Shown: piece by piece, positions 55,559 through 64,000 of the stretch
Numbering within the stretch: position 1 is the first letter of the stretch
Layout of the letters: each line of letters starts with the position of its first letter
Virus record (IMG/VR): IMGVR_UViG_3300042400_000444
DNA: 64,000 nt
Strand: one strand, 5' to 3'
Origin: a virus
Lineage: Duplodnaviria > Heunggongvirae > Uroviricota > Caudoviricetes
The notes under the pieces: model-generated
The model's input: the letters and a program-made list of their open reading frames with translations, nothing else
The model's database searches: none
What the model was told of the DNA's origin: nothing
Program-made: the position numbers and the translations under genes

Positions 55559-55807
55559 TTGCAAAAGCGCACCCGTAGTATCCTTACTGAACTCGATGAG
55601 CTATTACAGCACAAGGATAAAGCAAATCTGATTGAAAGCAGAGCCAATAACATCATTAATGGTGCTATTAATCTCATTAATCACATCCGTGAAAGCTACG
55701 ATGCAGAAGCCGCCGGTGAGTTAGAACGACGTTTACTCAATGCAATTAAAGGACAAGACCCTGCAAAATTTGCACGGGGCATACGGAAACTGAAAGATGA
55801 AGATTAA
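55559..55807 (+). CDS. hypothetical small protein (TTG start)
   Basis: RBS GGAGTAAGATCTTG. Confidence 0.3.
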   Translation: MQKRTRSILTELDELLQHKDKANLIESRANNIINGAINLINHIRESYDAEAAGELERRLLNAIKGQDPAKFARGIRKLKDED

Positions 55808-56237
55808 TGAAATATTAGCTGAAGCAGAGATTGACGATTTAATAGCACAATCTACCGCCCCTGAAGTTAAAAAACCCGGAATAGTCGATAGATTTAATGC
55901 ATCAGCACAACGCGGCGCAGCTAGTGTTGCTAATCGTAAAGCAAATCCTGGATTAATCGGTGGAGCACTCAATGGTGTTGCAAATGGTATTGGTGCTGTA
56001 TCAAATACTATAGCAAATACTACTAAAGGTATCCCGACTAGCTATGCTACTGCATTACCAAACACAGCGCAAGATGCTGCCCCAACTGCATCTTTCTCTG
56101 GCACAAGTGGAGAACCAGTGGTTGCAGCTCAGAATGCAGCATATTTAAGAACACTTGCAAAAAACAAAGTAGCGACTACCGGAACAGACTCGCCAGAAGT
56201 AAATGCTGTAATTAAATCAGCCGGCTTATTAAAATAA
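55797..56237 (+). CDS. internal-head-protein-like protein (N-terminus MKINEILAE)
   Basis: Shared capsid-targeting-sequence-like N-terminus. Ala/Gly/Asn-rich low-complexity body. Confidence 0.45.
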   Translation: MKINEILAEAEIDDLIAQSTAPEVKKPGIVDRFNASAQRGAASVANRKANPGLIGGALNGVANGIGAVSNTIANTTKGIPTSYATALPNTAQDAAPTASFSGTSGEPVVAAQNAAYLRTLAKNKVATTGTDSPEVNAVIKSAGLLK

Positions 56238-56249
56238 TAGAGAACATAT

Positions 56250-56900
56250 ATGAAGATTAATGAAATATTAACAGAAAATACTGTAGACGAAGGCTTTGTT
56301 GATTCGCTTAAAAATTTAGGGCAAAATTTTACTAGTGGGCTCAAAGGTGGTGCTAAAATGGGCACACGAAATGCACAGGGAAAATTTACTAAAGCTGGTG
56401 TAATTGCAACTGCGGCTAACAAAATAGGTAAAGGAGTAGCTGCAATACCTAAACTTCCACAAGCGGTCGCCGCGGCAAAAACAGGATACCAAGCATCACA
56501 AACATCGAGACAACAAGCAGAGCAAACTAAAAAAGTTGCCACTGGTGCACTACAAAAATGGGTTGCGATTGATAAAAATATTAAATTATCGGGTCAGCAA
56601 TCTCAGCCTGCGCAAGCAGTACAATGGTTTACTACATTTACTGGTGTGGCGCCAACTACTACACCCGTTAATACATCTCTTAACACAATGTCTCAATGGG
56701 TGAATACAGAGGTTTCTAATTTTATGGCAAAACGAGCATTAGGGCCAGCCGCCACACCGGCACCGACAGCAAAAGTTGCAAAACCAAAACCTGTAAAACC
56801 AACAGCATTACCGACAATAGGTGGCATCGGACCAACTGATCCTAGATATGCTGCACTTGCCGCTAAAACTAGTACCGCACCAGCAACACCAACAGTTTAA
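56250..56900 (+). CDS. internal-head-protein-like protein (N-terminus MKINEILTE)
   Basis: Shared capsid-targeting-sequence-like N-terminus. A/K/T/P-rich C-terminus. Confidence 0.45.
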   Translation: MKINEILTENTVDEGFVDSLKNLGQNFTSGLKGGAKMGTRNAQGKFTKAGVIATAANKIGKGVAAIPKLPQAVAAAKTGYQASQTSRQQAEQTKKVATGALQKWVAIDKNIKLSGQQSQPAQAVQWFTTFTGVAPTTTPVNTSLNTMSQWVNTEVSNFMAKRALGPAATPAPTAKVAKPKPVKPTALPTIGGIGPTDPRYAALAAKTSTAPATPTV

Positions 56901-56913
56901 GTATGGACATTAA

Positions 56914-58167
56914 ATGAAGTTATTTGAAATAAAGAAACAAACACCGCAATGGTTACTTGCTGAAGCAACAGTTGCTGCACCAAAAATTCATATAGAACAC
57001 TTAGAAGATTTAATCTTTAATAGTGGCTATGTGGGTGCGCAAGCGGCATTAAACTACGTAGAAAGTTTACGTGCTATGTTAGCAGAAGGCACAGGTACAA
57101 CTACACAGCTCACAGTTAAATGGGATGGCGCTCCTGCAATTATCTGTGGTATTGACCCGAGTGATAGTAAGTTTTTTATTGGTACTAAATCAGTATTTGC
57201 TAAAGGTGAGCCAAAACGTTGTAAAACACCAAAAGACATTGACAAATGGTACAGCGCACAACCAGAGCTTGCTACTAAATTACTTTCAGCATTAAAACAT
57301 CTCCCAAAACTTGGCATCGGTGGCGTTATACAAGGCGACTTAATGTTTACAGAAGGCGATGTAAGCACTGTATCTATTAATGATGAAGATTGTTATGTGT
57401 TTACCCCAAACACAATTACGTATGCAGTACCAGTTGATAGCAACTTAGGTAAACGTATTGCGAAAGCTAGTCTTGGTATTATATTCCACACTAGCTACGA
57501 AGGCACTTCACTAGAGGCAATGACAGCAAACTACGGAGTAAACGTAGGTAGCTTGCATCAAACGTCAGCGGTATGGTTTGATGATGCAACATATAAAGAC
57601 TTCACAGGCATTGCAAGTTTAACGCCGACTGAAAACGCAAGCATACAAAAACAAATTGCATCAACAACAGCAACAATAGAGAAGATTGGGCAAGCTCGCT
57701 TTGACATCATATTAAACAATAAAGACTTTGCACGTAGCATTAAACCATTCATAAATCAAATGGTAAGACAAGGCGAACAAGTGGGCGAACCATTGCAATT
57801 CTTACAAAAGTTTGTTGACTATTACAATGCTGAACTAATGAAAGACATTGAGAATTTATCGGGCGGTATTGCAGGACGTGCGGCACAAGCTCGCTTGGTA
57901 AAGATTAAAGAAAAAGAACAATGGGTAGCAGACAATGCAAATAACTTGCTGATTATACTTGCTACATACAAACGTATTATCGAACTTAAACATGCGTTGA
58001 TGCGTAAACTACAACAAGTAGACAGCATTGGTACATTTCAGAAAACAAATGACGGTTACAAAGTAACTGCTCCAGAAGGCTTTGTTGCAATAGGACACGA
58101 TGGCGGTGCAATTAAGCTAGTCGATAGACTTGAATTTACACGTACAAACGCATTGCGCCGTAGTTAA
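56914..58167 (+). CDS. RNA ligase 1 (T4 RnlA)-like nucleotidyltransferase carrying an N-terminal capsid-targeting-sequence-like motif MKLFEI
   Basis: Motif I VKWDGAPAI (KxDG). EGFVAIGHDGGAIKLVDRLEF parallels T4 Rnl1 EGYVAVMKDGSHFKIKSDW (motifs IV/V). Confidence 0.5.
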   Translation: MKLFEIKKQTPQWLLAEATVAAPKIHIEHLEDLIFNSGYVGAQAALNYVESLRAMLAEGTGTTTQLTVKWDGAPAIICGIDPSDSKFFIGTKSVFAKGEPKRCKTPKDIDKWYSAQPELATKLLSALKHLPKLGIGGVIQGDLMFTEGDVSTVSINDEDCYVFTPNTITYAVPVDSNLGKRIAKASLGIIFHTSYEGTSLEAMTANYGVNVGSLHQTSAVWFDDATYKDFTGIASLTPTENASIQKQIASTTATIEKIGQARFDIILNNKDFARSIKPFINQMVRQGEQVGEPLQFLQKFVDYYNAELMKDIENLSGGIAGRAAQARLVKIKEKEQWVADNANNLLIILATYKRIIELKHALMRKLQQVDSIGTFQKTNDGYKVTAPEGFVAIGHDGGAIKLVDRLEFTRTNALRRS

Positions 58168-58256
58168 AAATAAACACATTACAGTATGGAATTTTGCGCA
58201 GATGATAAATAAATGTATGCGCTTAAACACGCAAACTTAAAATTAGGAGAAATATT

Positions 58257-58565
58257 ATGACTACACCAGCTCGCGTTAACGGTGGTGCTTTACCAGTAGT
58301 AACAACAGGTCGTTCATTACAAATGTTCACTGTTGGTTTAACAGGCGTTCATACAGGTTATTCAGCAGTTGATAGTGACTTTGAAAAACTAGTACGTGCT
58401 ATCGAAACAATCGGTACTGTTGAAATCTTAGGTACACCAGCAGGAGATGCATTCCGTGTTGCTATCTCAGGTACACAAGTTACAGCAACTTCAGGTACAG
58501 CTTCATTACAAGGTATCTGTAATGCAGCAGTTGCAACTACTACAGTTGCAGACTACACATTCTAA
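58257..58565 (+). CDS. hypothetical protein, probably highly expressed (strong RBS, own terminator)
   Basis: RBS TTAGGAGAAATATTATG. Followed by a terminator. Confidence 0.5.
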   Translation: MTTPARVNGGALPVVTTGRSLQMFTVGLTGVHTGYSAVDSDFEKLVRAIETIGTVEILGTPAGDAFRVAISGTQVTATSGTASLQGICNAAVATTTVADYTF

Positions 58566-58592
58566 TATAAAACATTAAAATGTAAACTAAAA

Positions 58593-58620
58593 TGGCAGTT
58601 AAAAAACTGCCATTTTTTTA
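58593..58620 (+). terminator. rho-independent terminator
   Basis: TGGCAGTTAAAAAACTGCCATTTTTTT. Confidence 0.75.
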
Positions 58621-58637
58621 CGACTATAAATATTGCT

Positions 58638-59060
58638 ATGGAAGCATTATATCAGTATCGAGCATATACACTAATAGATATAACCGAAACTAAAGTACTG
58701 ACGCAATCAATAGAACAACAGAAGCAACGCAATCAACAGCGTAACTGGGAAACAATATATCAGTTATTAAGTTTGCGAGCACAGTTACTAGAATTTACTT
58801 ATCTGTCTGTTATAACTGCTGATGTTGCAGAGTATGCGTTTGGTGTTAACTATGTGGGCACACATAACATTTGGTCGTTTGACTTTGCAGTTGACCGCGA
58901 CGATGTGTATGCGTTTAATCACGATAAGTTTGGGGTAATTAAAGATGACTTCAAAATTACCCCTATCATTCTCGGGCTAGACGAAACAGCAACACCACCA
59001 CTGCCACTGTTCTACGCAAGTGGTGTGAATAATAATATCTACTTTAAAACACGTACTTAA
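58638..59060 (+). CDS. hypothetical protein
   Basis: 140-aa ORF. Confidence 0.4.
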   Translation: MEALYQYRAYTLIDITETKVLTQSIEQQKQRNQQRNWETIYQLLSLRAQLLEFTYLSVITADVAEYAFGVNYVGTHNIWSFDFAVDRDDVYAFNHDKFGVIKDDFKITPIILGLDETATPPLPLFYASGVNNNIYFKTRT

Positions 59061-59176
59061 CAATATCTCAATATAACTAAATATTAGTTAGATGCAACAA
59101 CAATAATCATGGCACATATTAAGGCATAACCTAGGCTCAACGAATACGCATCGCTACTATATAAAAGAGAGCGATA

Positions 59177-59443
59177 ATGGCAAGTAAACCTACAGAAATC
59201 GAGAAGCAAAATTTAGAAGCACACGTCGAACTATGCGCCGTAAGGTATGGTAGCTTGGAAACTAAACTAAACAACGTAGAACAGAGAATGGATAAACTCG
59301 AAATCCATCTGATCGACATTAAAAACAGTCTGACTGACAAAATCTCAGGTGGCGACAAACAAACCATCAGCATCTTCACAACTATGATGGGCGTTGTACT
59401 AGCAGGTCTTATTGGCTTTATCTCTCATTCACTATTTAAATAA
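59177..59443 (+). CDS. hypothetical protein with C-terminal TM helix
   Basis: Coiled-coil N-terminus. Hydrophobic C-terminal IFTTMMGVVLAGLIGFISHSLF. Confidence 0.4.
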   Translation: MASKPTEIEKQNLEAHVELCAVRYGSLETKLNNVEQRMDKLEIHLIDIKNSLTDKISGGDKQTISIFTTMMGVVLAGLIGFISHSLFK

Positions 59444-59489
59444 AACTCCTTAACGTTATCCTGTAATAAATACTTTATAGGATAACATC

Positions 59490-59699
59490 ATGAAAATTGT
59501 TGAACTCACAAACAAACTATTACTAACAATCACAAACGAAGAACATGAACTACTAGAACAGTTCACAGGCGATACTAGTATTGCTAAAAGTCAATTAGAC
59601 GAACGCGAACAAATGATCGCAAATCAACTCACAGTCAAAGATGTACTGTTAAGAACAAATGAAGCCGGAAAAATCTATTACAAAAAACGTATTGACTGA
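59490..59699 (+). CDS. hypothetical small protein
   Basis: 69-aa ORF. Confidence 0.35.
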   Translation: MKIVELTNKLLLTITNEEHELLEQFTGDTSIAKSQLDEREQMIANQLTVKDVLLRTNEAGKIYYKKRID

Positions 59700-60150
59700 A
59701 ATTGACATTGAAAAAATACGTCGATTTACAGAGGCTGAACTTGCTAAACACAGTAAAGGTCCGCTTCCATTCTGCTATCAACTTGGAGCAGATACATTAA
59801 TAGTTGGCAAGTATAAGATAGTAAAAATTACAGACAAAAACTGGCGCATAACTAAAGATAATGAACAAGTATTTGACTTCTTTAATAGAAAAGATGCTAT
59901 ATTTTACTGCATTGCGCTACATAAGCACAAATACGAATTAGCTCAAGAAGTACGCATTAATGATAACTTAATTGGCATACTTGAATTTGATGCTATACTG
60001 TACAGATATCGTTATAAGCAAGCACAAGAGAACAATGATGATTGGAAGATTACATTATATTCTAATAAATACACTGAAACTATGTTACGAATTGAAGAAT
60101 CGAAGAAACAATTAAAGAAGTCTATCGTTTTGATAAATAATATTAAATAA
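59659..60150 (+). CDS. hypothetical protein
   Basis: 163-aa ORF overlapping upstream. Confidence 0.35.
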   Translation: MKPEKSITKNVLTEIDIEKIRRFTEAELAKHSKGPLPFCYQLGADTLIVGKYKIVKITDKNWRITKDNEQVFDFFNRKDAIFYCIALHKHKYELAQEVRINDNLIGILEFDAILYRYRYKQAQENNDDWKITLYSNKYTETMLRIEESKKQLKKSIVLINNIK

Positions 60151-60172
60151 TTGCATTCAGGAAGAACTAAAC

Positions 60173-60865
60173 ATGAAACTATCAGAAATGTCATCAACGT
60201 CAGCAAAAAGACTTAACAAGGTATTGGAAAGTCGCTTCGGCTTTGCTATTGATTATGATACATTGTCTATCTCTAAAGCACAACGCTTAGGTGAAACAAT
60301 ATCATTAAACTTAAACAAAATCCGTCATAGTGCGGATTTTCACAGAGCAGAAACAAATCCACGTTACATGGAGTTGTTAACTGTACAAGAAGGCTTAAAC
60401 ACTTGGCTTACTGAACAACATCAACAACTTAACGAAGGTGAAGTTGGCAATGCAGAAGTATTATTAGCTGCTAAAGATATGGTTGATAGTGTACAAGATA
60501 CAATTGAGAAAGTTGGCAAAATGCAAAACGAACAACTTCCACAATTACTTGACAGTATCCGTGACCAAATTGGTTCAGAACAAGCTGATGCATTTAAAGC
60601 GGCAGTTGGTGGTACACTAGACCAATTAATGCAAAACTTACAACAAGCACGTGAAGGCGTTGACTCTGGTGTACGTGTATTAAGTGGCGAAGCAGTTGAT
60701 CAACCAATGGCTATGCCAGGTGATGCAATGGGTGGTGCTCCTGATTTAAGTGGACTTCCTCCTCCAGCAAGCGACTTTGATGCAGAAGAAGGTGGTGCAG
60801 ATGGCTTCGCAGCAACTGATGCAGCTGTAGGCGGAACTGAAACATTGGGTAGAGAATTGCGTTAA
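60173..60865 (+). CDS. acidic, helix-rich hypothetical protein (scaffold-like composition)
   Basis: RBS AGGAAGAACTAAACATG. Q/E/D/A-rich. G/A/D-rich tail. Confidence 0.45.
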   Translation: MKLSEMSSTSAKRLNKVLESRFGFAIDYDTLSISKAQRLGETISLNLNKIRHSADFHRAETNPRYMELLTVQEGLNTWLTEQHQQLNEGEVGNAEVLLAAKDMVDSVQDTIEKVGKMQNEQLPQLLDSIRDQIGSEQADAFKAAVGGTLDQLMQNLQQAREGVDSGVRVLSGEAVDQPMAMPGDAMGGAPDLSGLPPPASDFDAEEGGADGFAATDAAVGGTETLGRELR

Positions 60866-61257
60866 TGCGTTTACGCGAATTCGCAGGTGAAAACAATAGT
60901 GCTCCAGAGTCTAACTTAGTTACTGCTCTGGAGTTATTACGTCACCGTTCACAAGACAAATCAACACCAGCAACAATTAGTACTAAAAGTCTTATTAATC
61001 TAGTATTAAACACAGACAACACATTCAGCTACGATGCTTTGGTTGATGCAAACGAAAATAATCCAGCAGTAAAAAATCTTATTAAAAGTTTTAACAAAGA
61101 CCAAGTTATCCTTGCTCCATTAACGGGCGAAGATGAAGATTCAACTACAACTAACACAGATGGCGCTACCCAAAATACATTCCAAGCACCGGTAGACGAT
61201 GTTAGTTCAATGGCAGCACGTGCCGCTAAATCACGTGGCGCACCAATAGCACAATAA
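60865..61257 (+). CDS. hypothetical protein
   Basis: ATGA-coupled. 130 aa. Confidence 0.4.
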   Translation: MRLREFAGENNSAPESNLVTALELLRHRSQDKSTPATISTKSLINLVLNTDNTFSYDALVDANENNPAVKNLIKSFNKDQVILAPLTGEDEDSTTTNTDGATQNTFQAPVDDVSSMAARAAKSRGAPIAQ

Positions 61258-61276
61258 CCAAATAATCAAAAATCAT

Positions 61277-61310
61277 TGACTTTATACTATAAATAGTGTA
61301 GTATTGTAAT
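61277..61310 (+). promoter_or_regulatory. sigma70-type promoter upstream of iscU
   Basis: TTGACT-N17/18-TAGTAT. Confidence 0.4.
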
Positions 61311-61329
61311 ATACTATTGGAGGTATTAT

Positions 61330-61715
61330 ATGAGCTATTCAGCAGCGGTCTTGGACCATTATGAAAATCCAAGAAATGTAGGATCTTTAGATAAGGAGAA
61401 TGCGCAAGTTGGGACCGGAATCGTCGGTGCCCCAGCTTGCGGATGACAGGTGACGTCATGAAGTTACAAATTCAAGTCGAAGATGGTATTATAATCGATG
61501 CAAAGTTTAAAACATACGGATGTGGGTCAGCAATTGCTAGTTCTAGCCTAGTAACAGAATTGCTTAAAGGTATGACATTAGATGAAGCATACACAATTAA
61601 AAACTCAGCAATAGCAGAAGAACTTGCATTACCCCCAGTTAAGATACATTGTAGTGTATTAGCAGAAGATGCTATTAAAGCGGCTATTGCAGATTATAGG
61701 AATAAACAAGGATAA
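61330..61715 (+). pseudogene. iscU: iscU (Fe-S cluster scaffold) interrupted by an 8-nt insertion causing a frameshift inside the GAPACGD motif
   Basis: Frame 1 reads MSYSAAVLDHYENPRNVGSLDKENAQVGTGIVGAPACG-stop. The other frame continues DVMKLQIQVEDGIIIDAKFKTYGCGSAIASSSLVTE...LPPVKIHCSVLAEDAIKAAIADY, near-identical to E. coli IscU. RBS GGAGGTATTATATG. Confidence 0.6.
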
Positions 61716-61861
61716 GAAATGGCTTGCCCATTACACAATACAGAATATCAACAATATTGTTGTTTACATGATAAACATCAAGAGGATAATACATTTGAAC
61801 AATGCGAATATCAACAGGCATGTAGCTATCTTATTAACAATCAACAAGGGGTCGAAATAGA

Positions 61862-62017
61862 ATGGAAGAGGAAATCGAAAGCCCGTGCGTCGGCGCATGC
61901 GGATTATTTGATGGAGTTTGCCGCGGTTGTGGTAGAACAACAGACGAAGTAGTAGAATGGTACAATTTTACAAACGAACAAAAACAAGCAGTATTAGATA
62001 GGATATTCAATGATTAG
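61862..62017 (+). CDS. small Cys-rich ORF with a DUF1289-like motif (putative Fe-S protein)
   Basis: MEEEIESPCVGACGLFDGVCRGCGRTTDEVVEWYNFTNEQKQAVLDRIFND fits C.G.C...C.GC.RT..E...W. Stop overlaps the iscA start. Alternative overlapping ORF 61719-61952 not excluded. Confidence 0.35.
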   Translation: MEEEIESPCVGACGLFDGVCRGCGRTTDEVVEWYNFTNEQKQAVLDRIFND

Positions 62018-62333
62018 TTTAACTGAACTTGCTGCAGAGAAGATTAAGAAAAGCATTACTGCTCGCGGAGCAAACACGCTGGGTATTAAGATTGGCATCA
62101 AAACTGCTGGCTGTAGTGGTATGAGTTATGTTCTTGAGTTTGTTGATCAACTAACCGCAGATGATATTGAATATAAATGTCATGATGTTAGTATTTTTAC
62201 AACACCAAAAGACTTGGTGTATGTTGATGGCCTAAAAATGGATTGGAAACGTGAAGGGCTTAATGAGGGATTTGAATTTATTAATCCAAATGCTACCGGC
62301 GAATGTGGCTGTGGTGAAAGTTTTACAGTTTAG
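62010..62333 (+). CDS. iscA: A-type Fe-S carrier (IscA/ErpA/HesB family)
   Basis: GCSGMSY ... NPNATGECGCGESF with the three conserved Cys. Confidence 0.7.
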   Translation: MISLTELAAEKIKKSITARGANTLGIKIGIKTAGCSGMSYVLEFVDQLTADDIEYKCHDVSIFTTPKDLVYVDGLKMDWKREGLNEGFEFINPNATGECGCGESFTV

Positions 62334-62334
62334 T

Positions 62335-62364
62335 TGACCTTTGCTTTTTAATCCTGTACAATAA
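62335..62364 (+). promoter_or_regulatory. sigma70-type promoter
   Basis: TTGACC-N18-TACAAT. Confidence 0.4.
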
Positions 62365-62368
62365 TAAT

Positions 62369-63052
62369 ATGCTTATACAAAAATACGACTATACACCCAT
62401 CAATCGCCAGAGCGTGGATGGAAAAAGACTTTACAGTTTACCAGATGGTAGTAAAGTTCCTTCAGTAACAACAATTCTCGACAAGACAAAGTCCGCTGAA
62501 AGTAAAGCGGCACTTGATAACTGGCGAAAAAGTGTTGGCGAGAAAAAAGCTCAAGAGATTACTACAGAAGCCGCCAATCGCGGAACACGTATGCACAAAT
62601 GGTTAGAAGATTATGTGCAAAACAATCGTGTTATGGGCGAGCCTGGCACTAATCCTTACAGTATACAAAGTCACAAGATGGCGCAGACAATTGTAGAACA
62701 GGGCTTAGTACATGTAGACGAGGTATGGGGCATTGAAGTGCCGTTATATGTATCCGGACTGTATGCCGGTACAACTGACGCTTGTGGTGTACATAAAGGT
62801 AAACCAGCTATTTTAGACTACAAACAGACCAATAAACCGAAGAAAACAGAGTGGGTTCAGGACTATTTCCTCCAGTTATGTGCTTATGGACTAGCACACA
62901 ACGAAACACACGGAACTGACATTAAACAAGGTGTTATTCTAATGTGCAGTCAAGACTTCCAGTATCAGACATGGACAGTCGAAGGCGAGGAATGGGATAT
63001 GTGGACAGAAAAATGGTTGAAAAGAGTGGAACAGTATTATAATCTCAGCTAA
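62369..63052 (+). CDS. hypothetical protein, possible PD-(D/E)xK-family nuclease
   Basis: GTTDACGVHKGKPAILDYKQT is a D...(D/E)xK-like pattern. 227 aa. Confidence 0.4.
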   Translation: MLIQKYDYTPINRQSVDGKRLYSLPDGSKVPSVTTILDKTKSAESKAALDNWRKSVGEKKAQEITTEAANRGTRMHKWLEDYVQNNRVMGEPGTNPYSIQSHKMAQTIVEQGLVHVDEVWGIEVPLYVSGLYAGTTDACGVHKGKPAILDYKQTNKPKKTEWVQDYFLQLCAYGLAHNETHGTDIKQGVILMCSQDFQYQTWTVEGEEWDMWTEKWLKRVEQYYNLS

Positions 63053-63079
63053 ATATAAAATATAGACGAGGTTACTAAA

Positions 63080-63646
63080 ATGGCTGTAGTACAAATTTCA
63101 AAAATACAAATCCGTAGAGGATTACAAGAAGATTTACCACAATTAGCATCGGCTGAGTTGGGCTGGTCAATTGATGAACGTAGATTATTCATTGGCAACG
63201 GTACATTAGCAGAAGGTGCTCCTACTACCGGCCGTACAGAAATTCTCACTGCACAATCTATATTCTCAGAATTGGCAGCTATTACAGTACTGCAAGGTAA
63301 TGTTGCTAATATAGAAGCCGATGTTACTACTATACATTCTGATATCGCAAGTTTACAAGCAAACGGAGCGGTCGGTTCAACAACACTGTATGATGATGTA
63401 ACTTCTGGTAATATTGGAATGGTTGCCTCACCGACTATAATGTCGTATGCTATTACTAGAAACAATGAACGTCGAGTCGGCACACTTAGCGGTGCAAATT
63501 TTGGATCAACTACAGTAACCGATGATGATTATACAGAAACTGCTGATGTTGGAGTGACGTTTGAATTTACAGGTAATATGTTTCAATATACAACAACAAG
63601 CACAGGATATGATGCAGAATTAAAGTTCTTCTTAACTATATTTTGA
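63080..63646 (+). CDS. hypothetical protein
   Basis: RBS CGAGGTTACTAAAATG. 188 aa. T/S/G-rich. Confidence 0.45.
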   Translation: MAVVQISKIQIRRGLQEDLPQLASAELGWSIDERRLFIGNGTLAEGAPTTGRTEILTAQSIFSELAAITVLQGNVANIEADVTTIHSDIASLQANGAVGSTTLYDDVTSGNIGMVASPTIMSYAITRNNERRVGTLSGANFGSTTVTDDDYTETADVGVTFEFTGNMFQYTTTSTGYDAELKFFLTIF

Positions 63647-63780
63647 TTAATCAATCTGCTTGTAATAAGATGAAATACAGTATATACTATATATTTACTG
63701 CAACCAAATAAAATAGTTAAATACAACACAACAATCAACAATACAAATTTAGAGCAGTACTAAATTAAGAGGTTATCAAA

Positions 63781-64000
63781 TTGAGTATCATTCAAGTAAT
63801 AAAACGTAGCGGTAGTCGCACCCCGTTAGCAGTAGATAAATGGCAAGCCCAGATTACAAAAGTATGTGCTGGAATTGCAGATGTAAGTCAGTCAATGATT
63901 GAAATCAAAGCACAACCACACTTTTACGATGGCATTAGTACACGAGAGATTGATGAAATTACACTCCGTGCTATCGTAGATCTAATAGACGTAGAACACA
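63781..64000 (+). CDS. nrdA: ribonucleotide reductase class Ia alpha subunit (NrdA), 3'-truncated at window edge; TTG start
   Basis: LSIIQVIKRSGSRTPLAVDKWQAQ...HFYDGISTREIDEITLRAIVDLI matches the NrdA N-terminal ATP-cone. RBS TAAGAGGTTATCAAATTG. Confidence 0.65.
   Translation, partial: MSIIQVIKRSGSRTPLAVDKWQAQITKVCAGIADVSQSMIEIKAQPHFYDGISTREIDEITLRAIVDLIDVEH

Noticed and set aside
61420-61450. Programmed -1 ribosomal frameshift joining the two iscU frames
   Set aside because: No X XXY YYZ slippery heptamer or downstream pseudoknot at the junction. The break coincides with an 8-nt insertion relative to canonical iscU, so mutation or sequencing error is more parsimonious.
61669-61860. 63-aa ORF (MLLKRLLQIIGINKDKK...)
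   Set aside because: Low-complexity I/N/K-rich translation from an AT-rich stretch, overlapping better candidates in other frames.

Overview
This window looks like a segment of a large, tRNA-rich, T4-type (myovirus-like) bacteriophage genome; nothing here suggests a cellular chromosome. Almost all genes are on the + strand and tightly packed. More than twenty host sigma70-type promoters (consensus GGTTGAC-N16/17-TATAAT, often directly after a rho-independent terminator) precede individual genes or short cassettes. Recognisable phage core genes are terminase large subunit, gp32-like SSB, UvsX, UvsY-like, UvsW, primase (gp61-like), DnaB-type helicase (gp41-like), a clamp-loader-like AAA+ ATPase, an RNA-ligase-1-like protein and the start of NrdA. 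A ~12.5 kb tRNA island (about 14.0-26.6 kb, plus a tRNA-Phe at 28.9 kb) holds at least 28 tRNA genes interspersed with ORFs, and several of those tRNAs are structurally unusual. The island also contains repeated palindrome-flanked non-coding elements and a duplicated 52-nt structured element. Accessory cargo is striking: three radical-SAM enzymes (two paralogues plus one B12-binding class B enzyme on the opposite strand), and a phage isc module (iscU interrupted by an 8-nt insertion, a DUF1289-like Fe-S motif ORF, iscA). The cargo also includes a FeoA homologue, an RNA polymerase omega (RpoZ)-like protein, two membrane fatty-acid desaturases and two sugar-nucleotide/methyl/acetyl-transferase clusters. 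A set of secreted or envelope-directed proteins is present: a subtilase with a C-terminal beta-barrel, an OmpW/OmpA-like beta-barrel, an SPFH lipoprotein, a SleB-like hydrolase, a tyrosine phosphatase and a metallophosphoesterase. HNH/NUMOD homing-endonuclease genes are inserted next to terminase and next to a tRNA. A family of proteins share a T4-IP-like N-terminal capsid-targeting sequence.
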